A stretch of 26,218 nt of DNA, filler included, from an uncultured virus (IMG/VR IMGVR_UViG_2061766007_000564) (2 parts of one record of this genome joined end to end with filler, not necessarily neighbours in it), one strand, 5' to 3'; counted from the whole stretch's first letter, positions 10,301-19,070 are shown. Program-made: numbers and translations. The notes: generated from the letters alone by a model not told the origin.

Positions 10301-11082
10301 AAGGAACTGATGTTGCGGATGCCGTGAGCAAGAAGCACTCGCATAGTACGCTGACATTGTCAACTACTGCACAGGCTTATGACGGTACGCATACGCTAGC
10401 CTTGCCTTCAACCGACCCCTATACTTCTGCAAGAACACCTGCCTCGCATACTCATGGAAACATTCAGAATGGCGGTACATTGCAGACTACTGACGTAGCC
10501 ATCGCATCAGGTGACAAACTGGTTATTACCGACTCATCCGACTCCAACAAGGTAGCCAGGGCTTCAATTAGTTTTGACGGTTCTACCGCGACCAAGGCAC
10601 TTACGCAGAAGGGTACCTGGGAAACCTTCAATAACTATGTCCACCCGACCACCTCCGGGAATAAGCACATTCCAAGCGGGGGAGCTGCCGGGAATATCCT
10701 TGGATGGTCCGCGGATGGCACGGCTACCTGGATAGCCAATACTTCGACATCCCGTGGCCAGGGTTACAGTGCAACCGCTACCAACAGTAGCGGAACATTC
10801 GCAGTGACACTGTCCGGCTACGAACTGGTCGATGGCGGTATCGTATCAATCAAGTTCAGTGCGGCAGTACCGGCTAATGCCAAGCTCAATATCAACAGCA
10901 AGGGTGCCAAGAGCATATACTACAGGGGGAGTGCGATTACCGCCGACATTATCCAGTCGGGTGATACTGCAACCTTCATGTACAATAGCACAGGTGGAGT
11001 ATATCACCTTATCGCTGTAGACCGCAGCGCCGGGGAAATGACAGACCAGGAAGTTACCGACTTGCTGGATTCATTGACTTAA
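7318..11082 (+). CDS. Long tail/head fibre protein A (~1254 aa)
   Basis: AGGAG 8 nt before ATG 7318. T/S/A/G-rich; KAPLDSPALTGTPTAPTATAGTNTTQIATTAFV (P2 gpH/Mu S-type fibre motif), KVDKVDGKGLSTNDYTTAEKTKLAGI, several HxH motifs (HAH, HTH, HSH), C-terminal KF...LNINSKGAKSIYY domain. Confidence 0.9.
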   Translation: MADPVLPTSTNNVTTRKLAATIQGVWEKIDTKKADKVSQATSGNYASLDGNGNLVDSGHKHTDYASSTQGGKADTAVQSVKMGSSSGTELKSGTNVVIPAAVATGTSGATSGVMTSDDKKKLNEIAAGAEVNQNAFSNVVVGSTTIAADSKTDSLTLAQGTHITLTPSSADDKVTIATDLSSKSATSGGAEESLVTTGEKYTWNSKQDTVVWHDTYNASSNKGATKKTVDDAIAALDVSSITSTLGVSKTITELSETDGKIAATASPIQIAESQVTNLTNDLASKAPLDSPALTGTPTAPTATAGTNTTQIATTAFVVTEIEDRIGSSDALVYKGTITLGTTAPGAFTGAADAGWMYKVVANGTTKHGYVDGVAVEVGDMLICNTDGTAAATSSNYQTIVAKWDFIQTNLDGVVTGPNSATAASVAGFSDTTGKVIKQLSATEIKTAAGLDKVKNQAITVTSTSVSDGTNTFNKYEHPTTTAVSAAAVKVGNDATGHVVLGAALTKSDVGLGNVVNTGDSATPVSGGTTKFTTGGAYTELNKKVDKVDGKGLSTNDYTTAEKTKLAGIAEGAEVNQNAFSNVKVGSTTVAADTKTDTVEFVGSGHVTITGDATNDKVTFATDLESKSAASGGTDVSLVTTGEKYTWNSKAGGTHAHGNITNDGKVGSTADYSLVTTTGGAVTAVSMAVSSPTASGNTLSFIDTVSQSSNGKISATKKSVTVDSTYSSTGTNPVNGTAVKAAIDTLDATVTSSDGTNVQVKVTEADGKVTAVNITTDNTENKNNKVTSWSATTSDTKYPSEKLVKASLDGKAASSHAHGNITNDGKITSDTAIANGTKLATVGTDNKVARSPITFDGSTTTTALTPKGTFESFAKQADIDEAIEDIPSISLVGDNHITVTSDDTTGTVTVATDIASQTAYTAKGSATKVPQITTNSLGQVTGITEVAISGVTPASHTHGNIANDGTLTDTAAAAAGNDYVVIRDADNAKIQTSTIKGTDVADAVSKKHSHSTLTLSTTAQAYDGTHTLALPSTDPYTSARTPASHTHGNIQNGGTLQTTDVAIASGDKLVITDSSDSNKVARASISFDGSTATKALTQKGTWETFNNYVHPTTSGNKHIPSGGAAGNILGWSADGTATWIANTSTSRGQGYSATATNSSGTFAVTLSGYELVDGGIVSIKFSAAVPANAKLNINSKGAKSIYYRGSAITADIIQSGDTATFMYNSTGGVYHLIAVDRSAGEMTDQEVTDLLDSLT
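7672..9264 (+). repeat. Two dispersed 88-aa copies inside fibre A (7672-7935 and 9001-9264)
   Basis: KKKLNEIAAGAEVNQNAFSNVVVGSTTIAADSKTD...SLVTTGEKYTWNSK versus KTKLAGIAEGAEVNQNAFSNVKVGSTTVAADTKTD...SLVTTGEKYTWNSK. Confidence 0.9.
10174..10440 (+). repeat. Single copy in fibre A of the 267-bp/89-aa HxH module that is tandemly repeated in fibre B
   Basis: ASHTHGNIANDGTLTD...DPYTSARTP; differs from each fibre B copy at about 2 residues. Confidence 0.95.
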
Positions 11083-11102
11083 CTTGAGTAAAGGAGACTA
11101 TC

Positions 11103-12560
11103 ATGGCGTTCATAAAGGTTGGAAACAAAGTACTGAAATGCGACGGTAAGGTCGTCACGAACGACCTGGTCCTCCTGGTTAAACTTGGTGGAGACGGGAA
11201 GACCCTCACGGTCACCCCGACAAAGGACATATCGGCAACACTTACCAGGTACATGCTGGTACTCACGCCAGCTTCCGGTAGCCCGACCGAGGTGAATATC
11301 GGGAATACCGGCACGTACGACCTGTCCTCGCTCCACGGGACCGTACAGGACGGAAAGTACACCCTGTCGGTATACGCGGTGCTCTCGTCCGGGAACACGG
11401 CCCCCTTCGGCAGCATAGAGTACTACGTCCTCGCGCCGTGCAACGCGATGACGCTGAGGTTCAAGTTCAGTAAGAGTGGATATGACCCAGTTAATGCTGG
11501 TGTAGGAAGCGCCGGGACATGGAACCACCTGATTGACGACGTCTGGGACTGGACCAACACGAATGCCGACTGGCACGAGGCGTTCAAGGGGGCGTTTGCG
11601 GCAGACGACAACGAGGTCGAGGTGATAGGGGCCGGGGATACCTCCGGGGTGACCAACGTAAACAAGATGTTCGCAGGTATATACAGCGGAACCCCGTCCA
11701 GCAATTGGACATTGACTTCTACAAATAATGTGGTTGAATGTATATCGTTTGACTTATCAAATTGCACTAATGTACAAACGATGTTCTGTGCATCCAATTT
11801 ACGGCATGCAAATTTTGACTTATCCAATATAAGTGTTGGTTTGTCCGGGTTCTACGCAGCCACGCAATTAACTAAAGTATCTTCCATAAATCTTGGCCAT
11901 GCCACTGAGATTTCTAACCTTTTTGCAAGATGTAGCGCCCTAGTCACCGTAGGTAGTCTAACAATTTCTGCAAATCTCACAAACTGTATGGCAGTATTCT
12001 ATAGTGATGACAATCTTGAATATTTTAGTGGATTTGTCGGTGACCTCTCTCATGTAACCATTTACCATTCAATCTTCACGGGATGCGTGTCATTAAAAAG
12101 CATAGGTACCCCAATCAACCTGATAGGCTGTAGAGGGACGACCGCATGTCCCCAATTATTTGCCAACTGTTACGAACTGGTTGATGTCCAAGTCATAAAT
12201 TTCACTTCAGCAATTACCGCAATGAACGCCATGTATGGCGGCTGCCGGAAAATGCCGAATATGCCCATAGGCTTAGATACGTCGAAAATATCCAATTTTA
12301 AGAGTGCATTCGCCAATATGAGGGAAATTGAGACCATAGAAGATATTAACGTGGCTTCGGCAACGAACGTGAACAGTATGTTTTTAAAATGCTTTAACGT
12401 GAAATACGGAATACTGGAAATGTACAATAAGCTAGTGGCAAGAGGCGCGGCAATCACCGACCACACTAATTGCTTTTCGGATTGTGGTCGGGATACCCCA
12501 GAAGGACAAGCTGCACTAGCCCAGATACCGGCCGACTGGGGCGGAACCATGTCAACCTAG
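11103..12560 (+). CDS. DUF285/BspA-like (PARCEL-type) repeat surface/adhesin protein (485 aa)
   Basis: AAGGAG RBS. Repeats DTSGVTNVNKMF, FDLSNCTNVQTMF, DLSHVTIYHSIF, DTSKISNFKSAF, NVASATNVNSMF; C-terminal cap CGRDTPEGQAALAQIPADWGG; lies between two fibre genes. Confidence 0.8.
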   Translation: MAFIKVGNKVLKCDGKVVTNDLVLLVKLGGDGKTLTVTPTKDISATLTRYMLVLTPASGSPTEVNIGNTGTYDLSSLHGTVQDGKYTLSVYAVLSSGNTAPFGSIEYYVLAPCNAMTLRFKFSKSGYDPVNAGVGSAGTWNHLIDDVWDWTNTNADWHEAFKGAFAADDNEVEVIGAGDTSGVTNVNKMFAGIYSGTPSSNWTLTSTNNVVECISFDLSNCTNVQTMFCASNLRHANFDLSNISVGLSGFYAATQLTKVSSINLGHATEISNLFARCSALVTVGSLTISANLTNCMAVFYSDDNLEYFSGFVGDLSHVTIYHSIFTGCVSLKSIGTPINLIGCRGTTACPQLFANCYELVDVQVINFTSAITAMNAMYGGCRKMPNMPIGLDTSKISNFKSAFANMREIETIEDINVASATNVNSMFLKCFNVKYGILEMYNKLVARGAAITDHTNCFSDCGRDTPEGQAALAQIPADWGGTMST

Positions 12561-12567
12561 TTAAATC

Positions 12568-12596
12568 GCCCAGCCAACCGGCTGGGTTTCCTTTTG
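12568..12596 (+). terminator. Intrinsic terminator
   Basis: CCCAGCC-AACC-GGCTGGG followed by TTTCCTTTTG, 8 nt after the TAG at 12560. Confidence 0.75.
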
Positions 12597-12611
12597 CCCG
12601 ATTAAAACCAT

Positions 12612-12618
12612 ATAAACT
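12612..12618 (+). promoter_or_regulatory. ATAAACT promoter-like motif before fibre B
   Basis: TATAAACT directly after the terminator, upstream of GAGGA and ATG 12645. Confidence 0.6.
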
Positions 12619-12644
12619 GCTGATATCATTGAGGAATCGTACCC

Positions 12645-15600
12645 ATGGCAGCACCTACTACAGACCACGACGTTACCGCACGCAAGCTAACCAAGTTCCT
12701 TGTCGGCTCGGACGGCACCGGAGGCCTCTGGGGTAAAATCAAGACGCTGCTTGCCGGGAAACAAGATACTCTTGCGGCGCAGACCGCATATACGTCAAAG
12801 GGTACGGCAACGAAGGTTCCTCAGATTACTACAAATAGTCTCGGTCAAGTCACCGGGATTACCGAAGTAACCATTACTGGGGTTACTCCGGCATCGCATA
12901 CCCATGGTAATATCGCCAACGGCGGTACATTGACCGATACTGCGGCTGCGGCAGCCGGAAATGACTACGTTGTTATCCGCGATGCAGATAACGCAAAGAT
13001 TCAGACTTCTACCATTAAAGGTACGGATGTAGCCGATGCTGTGAGTAAAAAGCATAGTCACAGCACATTGACCTTGTCGACTACAGCACAAGCGTATGAC
13101 GGCTCGCATACACTGGCATTGCCTTCAACTGACCCGTATACTTCAGCAAGAACGCCGGCTTCACATACCCACGGAAACATTGCAAACGGCGGTACATTGA
13201 CAGATACGGCGGCAGCGGCGGCGGGAAATGACTATGTGGTTATCCGCGATGCAGATAACGCAAAGATTCAGACCTCCACCATCAAGGGCACGGATGTAGC
13301 GGATGCCGTCAGTAAGAAACACTCGCACAGCACACTGACCTTGTCAACTACCGCACAGGCGTATGACGGGTCCCATACACTGGCATTGCCTTCTACCGAC
13401 CCATATACTTCCGCAAGAACACCTGCCTCGCATACGCATGGCAATATCGCAAACGGAGGTACTCTTACTGACACAGCAGCGGCTGCCGCAGGAAATGACT
13501 ATGTGATTATCCGCGATGCAGATAACGCAAAAATTCAGACTTCTACCATCAAGGGTACAGATGTGGCTGATGCGGTGAGTAAGAAGCATAGCCATTCTAC
13601 ACTAACGCTATCTACTACTGCACAGGCCTATGACGGAACCCACACATTAGCGTTACCGTCAACCGACCCCTATACTTCCGCAAGAACACCTGCCTCNNNN
13701 NNNNNNNNNNNNNNNNNNNNNNNNNNNNNNNNNNNNNNNNNNNNNNNNNNNNNNNNNNNNNNNNNNNNNNNNNNNNNNNNNNNNNNNNNNNNNNNNNNNN
13801 NNNNNNNNNNNNNNNNNNNNNNNNNNNNNNCACACAGAAGGGCACCTGGGAAACCTTCAATAACTACACCCACCCGGCATACACGGCCACTACAGCTGCA
13901 GCCAAGAAGATTGGCTGTGATGCCACCGGTCATGTCGTGTTCGGCGATGCGCTGGCAAAGGGCGATGTCGGTCTCGGAAGCGTGGTGAACACAGGCGACT
14001 CGGCAACACCCGTCAGCGGTGGCACAACCAAGTTCACTACCGGTGGCGCTTATACGGAGCTGGCGAAGAAGGCTAATGTTGCTGAATCGGTGTATTACGT
14101 AGCCGGTACTACCAGCTATAGCGCATGGACCGCAAATACGGCCTATGCAGTAAATGCCGAAGTCACTTATGGCGGAAAGGCATATTACTGTAAGACTGCC
14201 CACACATCTGGTTCCTCATGGGATAGCTCCAAGTGGACAGCCATTGCTACTCCGGTGCTGAAAGGTACCGTTTCCGGGGTTACCGCACTGTATGCTGGCA
14301 TGAAAATTGCATATAAGTGGCCAATCACCGGAGGTAGTTCAAGTACCTATCTGAACATCAATGGCCTCGGCAACGTGTATATTAGGCGAAATGACAGCAA
14401 TACTACTACACACTTGCCGGCCAATACGGTATCCATACTGACGTATGATGGTACATACTGGCGCTGGGCAGACTACGATTCAAACAGCAATACGGAATAC
14501 ATTATCCCGGATGCATATTGCTCCACAGCGGCCGGAACAGCAGCAAAGGCAGCGACTTGCGTTGGCTTCAATCTGACCAACCATGTCAATGTGCCGTTCA
14601 GGATTTACTTCACTGTCGCCAACACATCCGCCGGTGCATTGACGCTTAGCCTAAACAGCCAGACGGCAAAACCGATATATATCAACGGCACTGCGTCTAG
14701 CGCAACCAACTACACTATTCCAATTGGTGTGTACTGGTGCGTATACGACGGAACGGAATTCTTGTTATGGACCGACAAGCGGTTTACCGGACGTACACAG
14801 GGTGACGGAAGGAACTTGCTTAGTGCGTTCAACTATAGCGCCTCTAGGTTCACCGCAACTAATCCATCCGATGACATCAATGGCGCATCGTATACACATA
14901 ACAAAGTAACGGGTGACTCCTACATTCAAATAAAAGCCACTGAACCGATAGCTACCGGCGAAATGTTGACACTGTCATTCGATGTGTCAGGGTTGAATAC
15001 CTCTGGAAATGAATATGCTTCTTTTTTGGCGTACGCACTAAATAAAGTTATTACACATACTATTAACAAAAATGGTAGATGTGTGTATTACTTTACAAAA
15101 ACTGAAACAGCTGATATCACGACCGGGTCGGTAGTTAATATATTGGATGATAATACCAATATATACGCCTCGGCACCATCAGGAATCACTATATCCAATA
15201 TTAAACTGGAACGTGGTTTCGTAGCTGACCCGAAGTATACTAGGCATCCCTCGGAGAGCCGAGTAGCCAAGGCAGACAAGATTGCTGCATCCGCCAAGAT
15301 TGGGGATACCAACAAACCGGTCTACATCGCTGCTGACGGCACCGTAACAGCCGGGTCTACCTATGCTGCCGGTACCGCAGTTACCCTCAACGGTACATCG
15401 AAATCTGCGACGACCGCATCCTTCTATGCGCCTACTGGCGCTGGTACTTCCGGCCAGCTCCTGAAGTCATCCGGTTCCGGTGCACCAACCTGGGCAACCG
15501 CAAACGCCGCCCTGGTAGGCATTACGGTAACTTCTACTTCCGTATCCGATGGAACCAACACGTTCAACAAGTACACCCACCCGACCTATACGGCCCAGTC

Positions 15601-15802
15601 AGCAAAGGGAAGTGCCACCAAGGTTCCACAGATTACCACGGATTCTACCGGACACGTTACCGGAATTACCGAAGTAACCATTACCGGCGTNNNNNNNNNN
15701 TCATGGGAACATCCAGAACGGTGGTACGCTCCAGACCACTGATGTGACTATTGCATCAGGTGACAAACTGGTTATTACCGACTCATCCGACTCCAACAAG
15801 GT
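12645..15802 (+). CDS. Long tail/head fibre protein B (>1000 aa, 3'-truncated, interrupted by N gaps)
   Basis: ORFs 12645-13696, 13832-15690 and 15702-15802 are pieces of one gene. The sequence on each side of both gaps continues modules that are contiguous in fibre A (ARTPAS...TQKGTWETFNNY; ITEVTITGV...HGNIQNGGTLQTTDV). Contains 3 tandem 89-aa repeats, a CBM5/12-like segment, two LNINGLG-type domains and a GRNLL...KLERG domain. Confidence 0.85.
12891..13691 (+). repeat. Three tandem 267-bp (89-aa) coding repeats starting at 12891, 13158 and 13425
   Basis: Unit ASHTHGNIANGGTLTDTAAAAAGNDYVVIRDADNAKIQTSTIKGTDVADAVSKKHSHSTLTLSTTAQAYDGSHTLALPSTDPYTSARTP; the array runs into an N gap. Confidence 0.97.
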
Positions 15803-15902
15803 NNNNNNNNNNNNNNNNNNNNNNNNNNNNNNNNNNNNNNNNNNNNTTAATTAATTAANNNNNNNNNNNNNNNNNNNNNNNNNNNNNNNNNNNNNNNNNN
15901 NN
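15803..15902. other. Synthetic contig-joining linker (not biological)
   Basis: Exactly 44 N + TTAATTAATTAA (15847-15858; stops in all six frames) + 44 N = 100 bp. Confidence 0.95.
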
Positions 15903-15995
15903 CCCGAAGGGAACCACCAAGTTCGAGGTGGAAAAGTTGGAGGGTGACGTCTGGGTGTCCCAGAGCAAGCGTGCCGGGTACGGGCAGAAGGACTT
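15903..15995 (+). other. Misplaced 93-bp allelic fragment of the sbcC/gp46 gene
   Basis: Reverse complement of 22104-22196 (PKGTTKFEVEKLEGDVWVSQSKRAGYGQKD) with 4 substitutions at synonymous positions; bounded by Ns. Confidence 0.85.
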
Positions 15996-16119
15996 NNNNN
16001 NNNNNNNNNNNNNNNNNNNNNNNNNNNNNNNNNNNNNNNNNNNNNNNNNNNNNNNNNNNNNNNNNNNNNNNNNNNNNNNNNNNNNNNNNNNNNNNNNNNN
16101 NNNNNNNNNNNNNNNNNNN

Positions 16120-18426
16120 ACCCGGCATCCTGTACAGGATGCTGACCGGCTCCTTGGAGCCGTCCGGCTGTGAACGAGGCAGAGGAATCTTTATAGACAC
16201 GATTGCCCCGGGGTCTTCCACGAGCACGTCGTCCATGATTACGGTGACGTCGTTGTATACTGTGAAAGCTGCCGACTGGTTGACGAAGTTGATTGTCCCG
16301 GTACCCATGTCGATAACNNNNNNNNNNTCCCGGCATCCTGTACAATATACTGACCGGCTCCTTGGAGCCGTCCGGCTGTGAACGCGGCAGAGGAATCTTT
16401 ATCGACACGATTGCCCCGGGGTCTTCCCCGAGTACGTCGTCCATGATTACGGTGACGTCGTTGTATACTGTGAACGCTGCCGACTGGTTGACGAAGTTGA
16501 TTGTCCCGGTACCCATGTCGATAACCTTTTCGGGCAGCGGCTCGTCCAGGTTGAGCACGGACGACGTGGCGTTTCCCTCGATAGTATAGTCTGAACGGTA
16601 GCTGACTATCTCGCCGGCCTCCTCCTCGACTACCGGGTATTCCCCGAACACGGCCGCGTCGGTAAACGTTACCTCGGCCCAGCGTACGCCTATGGAACGC
16701 TTGACCATCTTNNNNNNNNNNNNNNNNNNNNNNNNNNNNNNNNNNNNNNNNNNNNNNNNNNNNNNNNNNNNNNNNNNNNNNNNNNNNNNNNNNNNNNNNN
16801 NNNNNNNNNNNNNNNNNNNNNNNNNNNNNNNNNNNNNNNNNNNNNNNNNNNNNNNNNNNNNNNNNNNNNNNNNNNNNNNNNNNNNNNNNNNNNNNNNNNN
16901 NNNNNNNNNNNNNNNNNNNNNNNGCAGTCGCCAGTGGCCAGCTTGCCTACCTGTACCAGCCTTGGCAAGGCCCTTAACATGAGTCCCGCACGCTTCAGCT
17001 CGGAAGGCTCCAGCATGCCGCCGTAGATGATGTCCATATCGAACACCATCCGGTCTGACCCGGACGGGGTGGTCGTATACCGCTTCTTCGCGGCATTTAT
17101 CGTCCTCTTGGTGCCGTCGCTGACAAAACGCCACACGAACGGAACCCTGGACAGGGCGTCCATAACGGACTTGAACTGTGACGAGAAATCCGACTCGAGC
17201 TCGTCCGCCGGGTAGAAATACGCCTTGATTGCCGTNNNNNNNNNNACTGACGAAACGCCACACGAACGGAACCCTGGACAGGGCGTCCATAACAGACTTG
17301 AACTGTGACGAAAAATCCGACTCGAGCTCGTCCGCCGGGTAGAAATACGCCTTGATTGCCGTCTTTACCGGTGGAATCGTCGCCGTAGTGTTCGCCGACG
17401 CGTCGCCTACCGGATACACCAGGTCAGGCTTGACGAGGAACTTGGGCAACTCCGTGCCATATGCGTCCTTGAATGACGTGAAAGTCTCCATGTCGGTGCG
17501 TGTACGGTCCGCATTGGACACCGCATCCATGTAGTCCCTGTGCTTCTTGCTGGCCTTAGTCCGGTTCGCCCGGTAGTCTTCCTGGGTCGCATCGTCGACG
17601 TTCACTTCACTTGCGAACGACTGGTCGTAATAGGTAACGCTGAACCCGACGTCACCCTCGCTACAGTATTCGGCCAGGCGGTCCATGCATTTCTTGAACC
17701 GGTCGTACGGGATGACCGCGTTGTCGTCGAGGCCCTTCCCCTTCATCACCCGGTTAAGCCACCTAAGGCCCTTCCAGCGTCCACCGTACAGGCCAAGGGC
17801 ACCGTACAGCAGCTTCATCATCTTCGGNNNNNNNNNNGCCCTCGCTGCAGTATTCGGCCAGGCGGTCCATGCATTTCTTGAACCGGTCGTACGGTATGAC
17901 CGCGTTGTCGTCGAGGCCCTTCCCCTTCATCACCCGGTTGAGCCACCGCAGGCCCTTCCATCGTCCACCGTACAGGCCAAGGGCACCGTACAGCAGCTTC
18001 ATCATCTTCGGGTCGACGACTACGCCCTGGTCGACTGGAAGCACCGGGGTAACCCCGGGAATCTGGTTGCCTTCCCACACGCCCAGGTTGACTTCCGTCT
18101 CGTGGCGCGGGTACACTATGGCGTAGAACGACGAGATGTAGACTCCATGCCCCGGGGATTCCCCGTCGCCATCGTCTATCAGCTGGTATGACACCCCCTC
18201 GATATTCGGGTCGGCTACGAAGGTAGACACGCGTGTCGCCTTAGGGTTCCACGTGCTGGAAATCCCGGCGGTGGCCACGTCGCCCAGGACGTGNNNNNNN
18301 NNNGTCGTCTATCAGCTGGTATGACACCCCCTCGATACCCGGGTCGGCCACGAAAGTAGACACGCGTGCCGCCTTGGGGTTCCACGTGCTGGAAATCCCG
18401 GCGGTGGCCACGTCGCCCAGGACGTG
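16120..18426 (-). CDS. Body of a large hypothetical (probably virion) protein, broken by gaps and duplicated allelic segments; its N-terminus is at 19168-19487 (+)
   Basis: After collapsing the duplicated segments, one frame reads HVLGDVATAGISSTWNPKATRVSTF...KMMKLLYGALG...VWRFVSDGTKRT...LATGDC-gap-KMVKRSIG...EPVSILYRMPG. The 3' end is lost in the gap. Confidence 0.7.
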
Positions 18427-18437
18427 NNNNNNNNNNG

Positions 18438-19052
18438 GTCTATGTCGGTCCTACCGGAATCAACTTCACCGGAATCGAGTTTGCCGAGAGTGCAGGCCAA
18501 GTCCTGTGCCCGCCGGTGTACAGCGAGAATCGCACTATCGAGCTCGAACCGAGTCCTGCCGTGGACCGTAACTTCATTACCTGTTTCAGTAAGCTCGTCT
18601 GTACCAGGGAAGACTCTATGGCAATGAAAATCGCCTGCCGTATGCTGAGCAGTGGCCTGAACTCTCCGCTTTACCAGGAAATCCGCGAGAAGCGTGGCCT
18701 TTCATATTTCAGCATCGGCGATATCGAGCGAATGGGCTCGGTGGTCATTCCGATGTTCTGCGCCGCTACCGACAAGGACAAGACTGCGGAGCTTATCGGC
18801 GTGTACGACATGGTGTTCGGCGACCTCGACAAGTACCTGACTGAGGAAAGGTTTAACCTGTGCCTCAATTTCGCCAAGATTACCAAGGAGAAGAATACTG
18901 TCCTGCGCTACGAGCACTATGACGACTTCATCGTCAAGGCGCTCGGCTATGCCCTGGACGACGATGAACTCGAATCCCTCACGTTTGACCGCGTGAAGGA
19001 AGTCGCCGCAAGGTATCTTTCCCCGTCGCAGATATGCAAATACACTAATTAG
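18438..19052 (+). CDS. C-terminal half of M16 (insulinase-family) peptidase on a flipped contig
   Basis: Starts VYVGPTGINFTGIEFAESA, overlapping the end of the - strand N-terminal half (VYVGPTGINFNGIEFAESA). Contains LSSGLNSPLYQEIREKRGLSY, the M16 C-domain R/Y motif. Confidence 0.85.
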   Translation, partial: VYVGPTGINFTGIEFAESAGQVLCPPVYSENRTIELEPSPAVDRNFITCFSKLVCTREDSMAMKIACRMLSSGLNSPLYQEIREKRGLSYFSIGDIERMGSVVIPMFCAATDKDKTAELIGVYDMVFGDLDKYLTEERFNLCLNFAKITKEKNTVLRYEHYDDFIVKALGYALDDDELESLTFDRVKEVAARYLSPSQICKYTN

Positions 19053-19070
19053 GATTGGATTGGTGTGTGG

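Noticed and set aside
10174..13691. Diversity-generating retroelement (TR/VR pair) among the fibre repeats or the duplicated segments
   Set aside because: Differences are at synonymous third positions of all base types rather than adenine-specific, all copies are coding, and there is no reverse transcriptase in the window.
12891..13691. CRISPR array
   Set aside because: 267-bp coding units with no repeat-spacer alternation and no cas genes.
13697..15710. Programmed frameshift or pseudogene in fibre B (ORF track splits it into 447 and 601 aa)
   Set aside because: Frame changes coincide with N gaps of estimated length. The matching stretch in fibre A (10446-10601) is 156 nt versus 134 N here.
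15903..15995. Second sbcC copy, or a spacer/antisense element against sbcC
   Set aside because: 93-bp island between N runs differing only at synonymous positions; best explained as a misplaced allelic contig.
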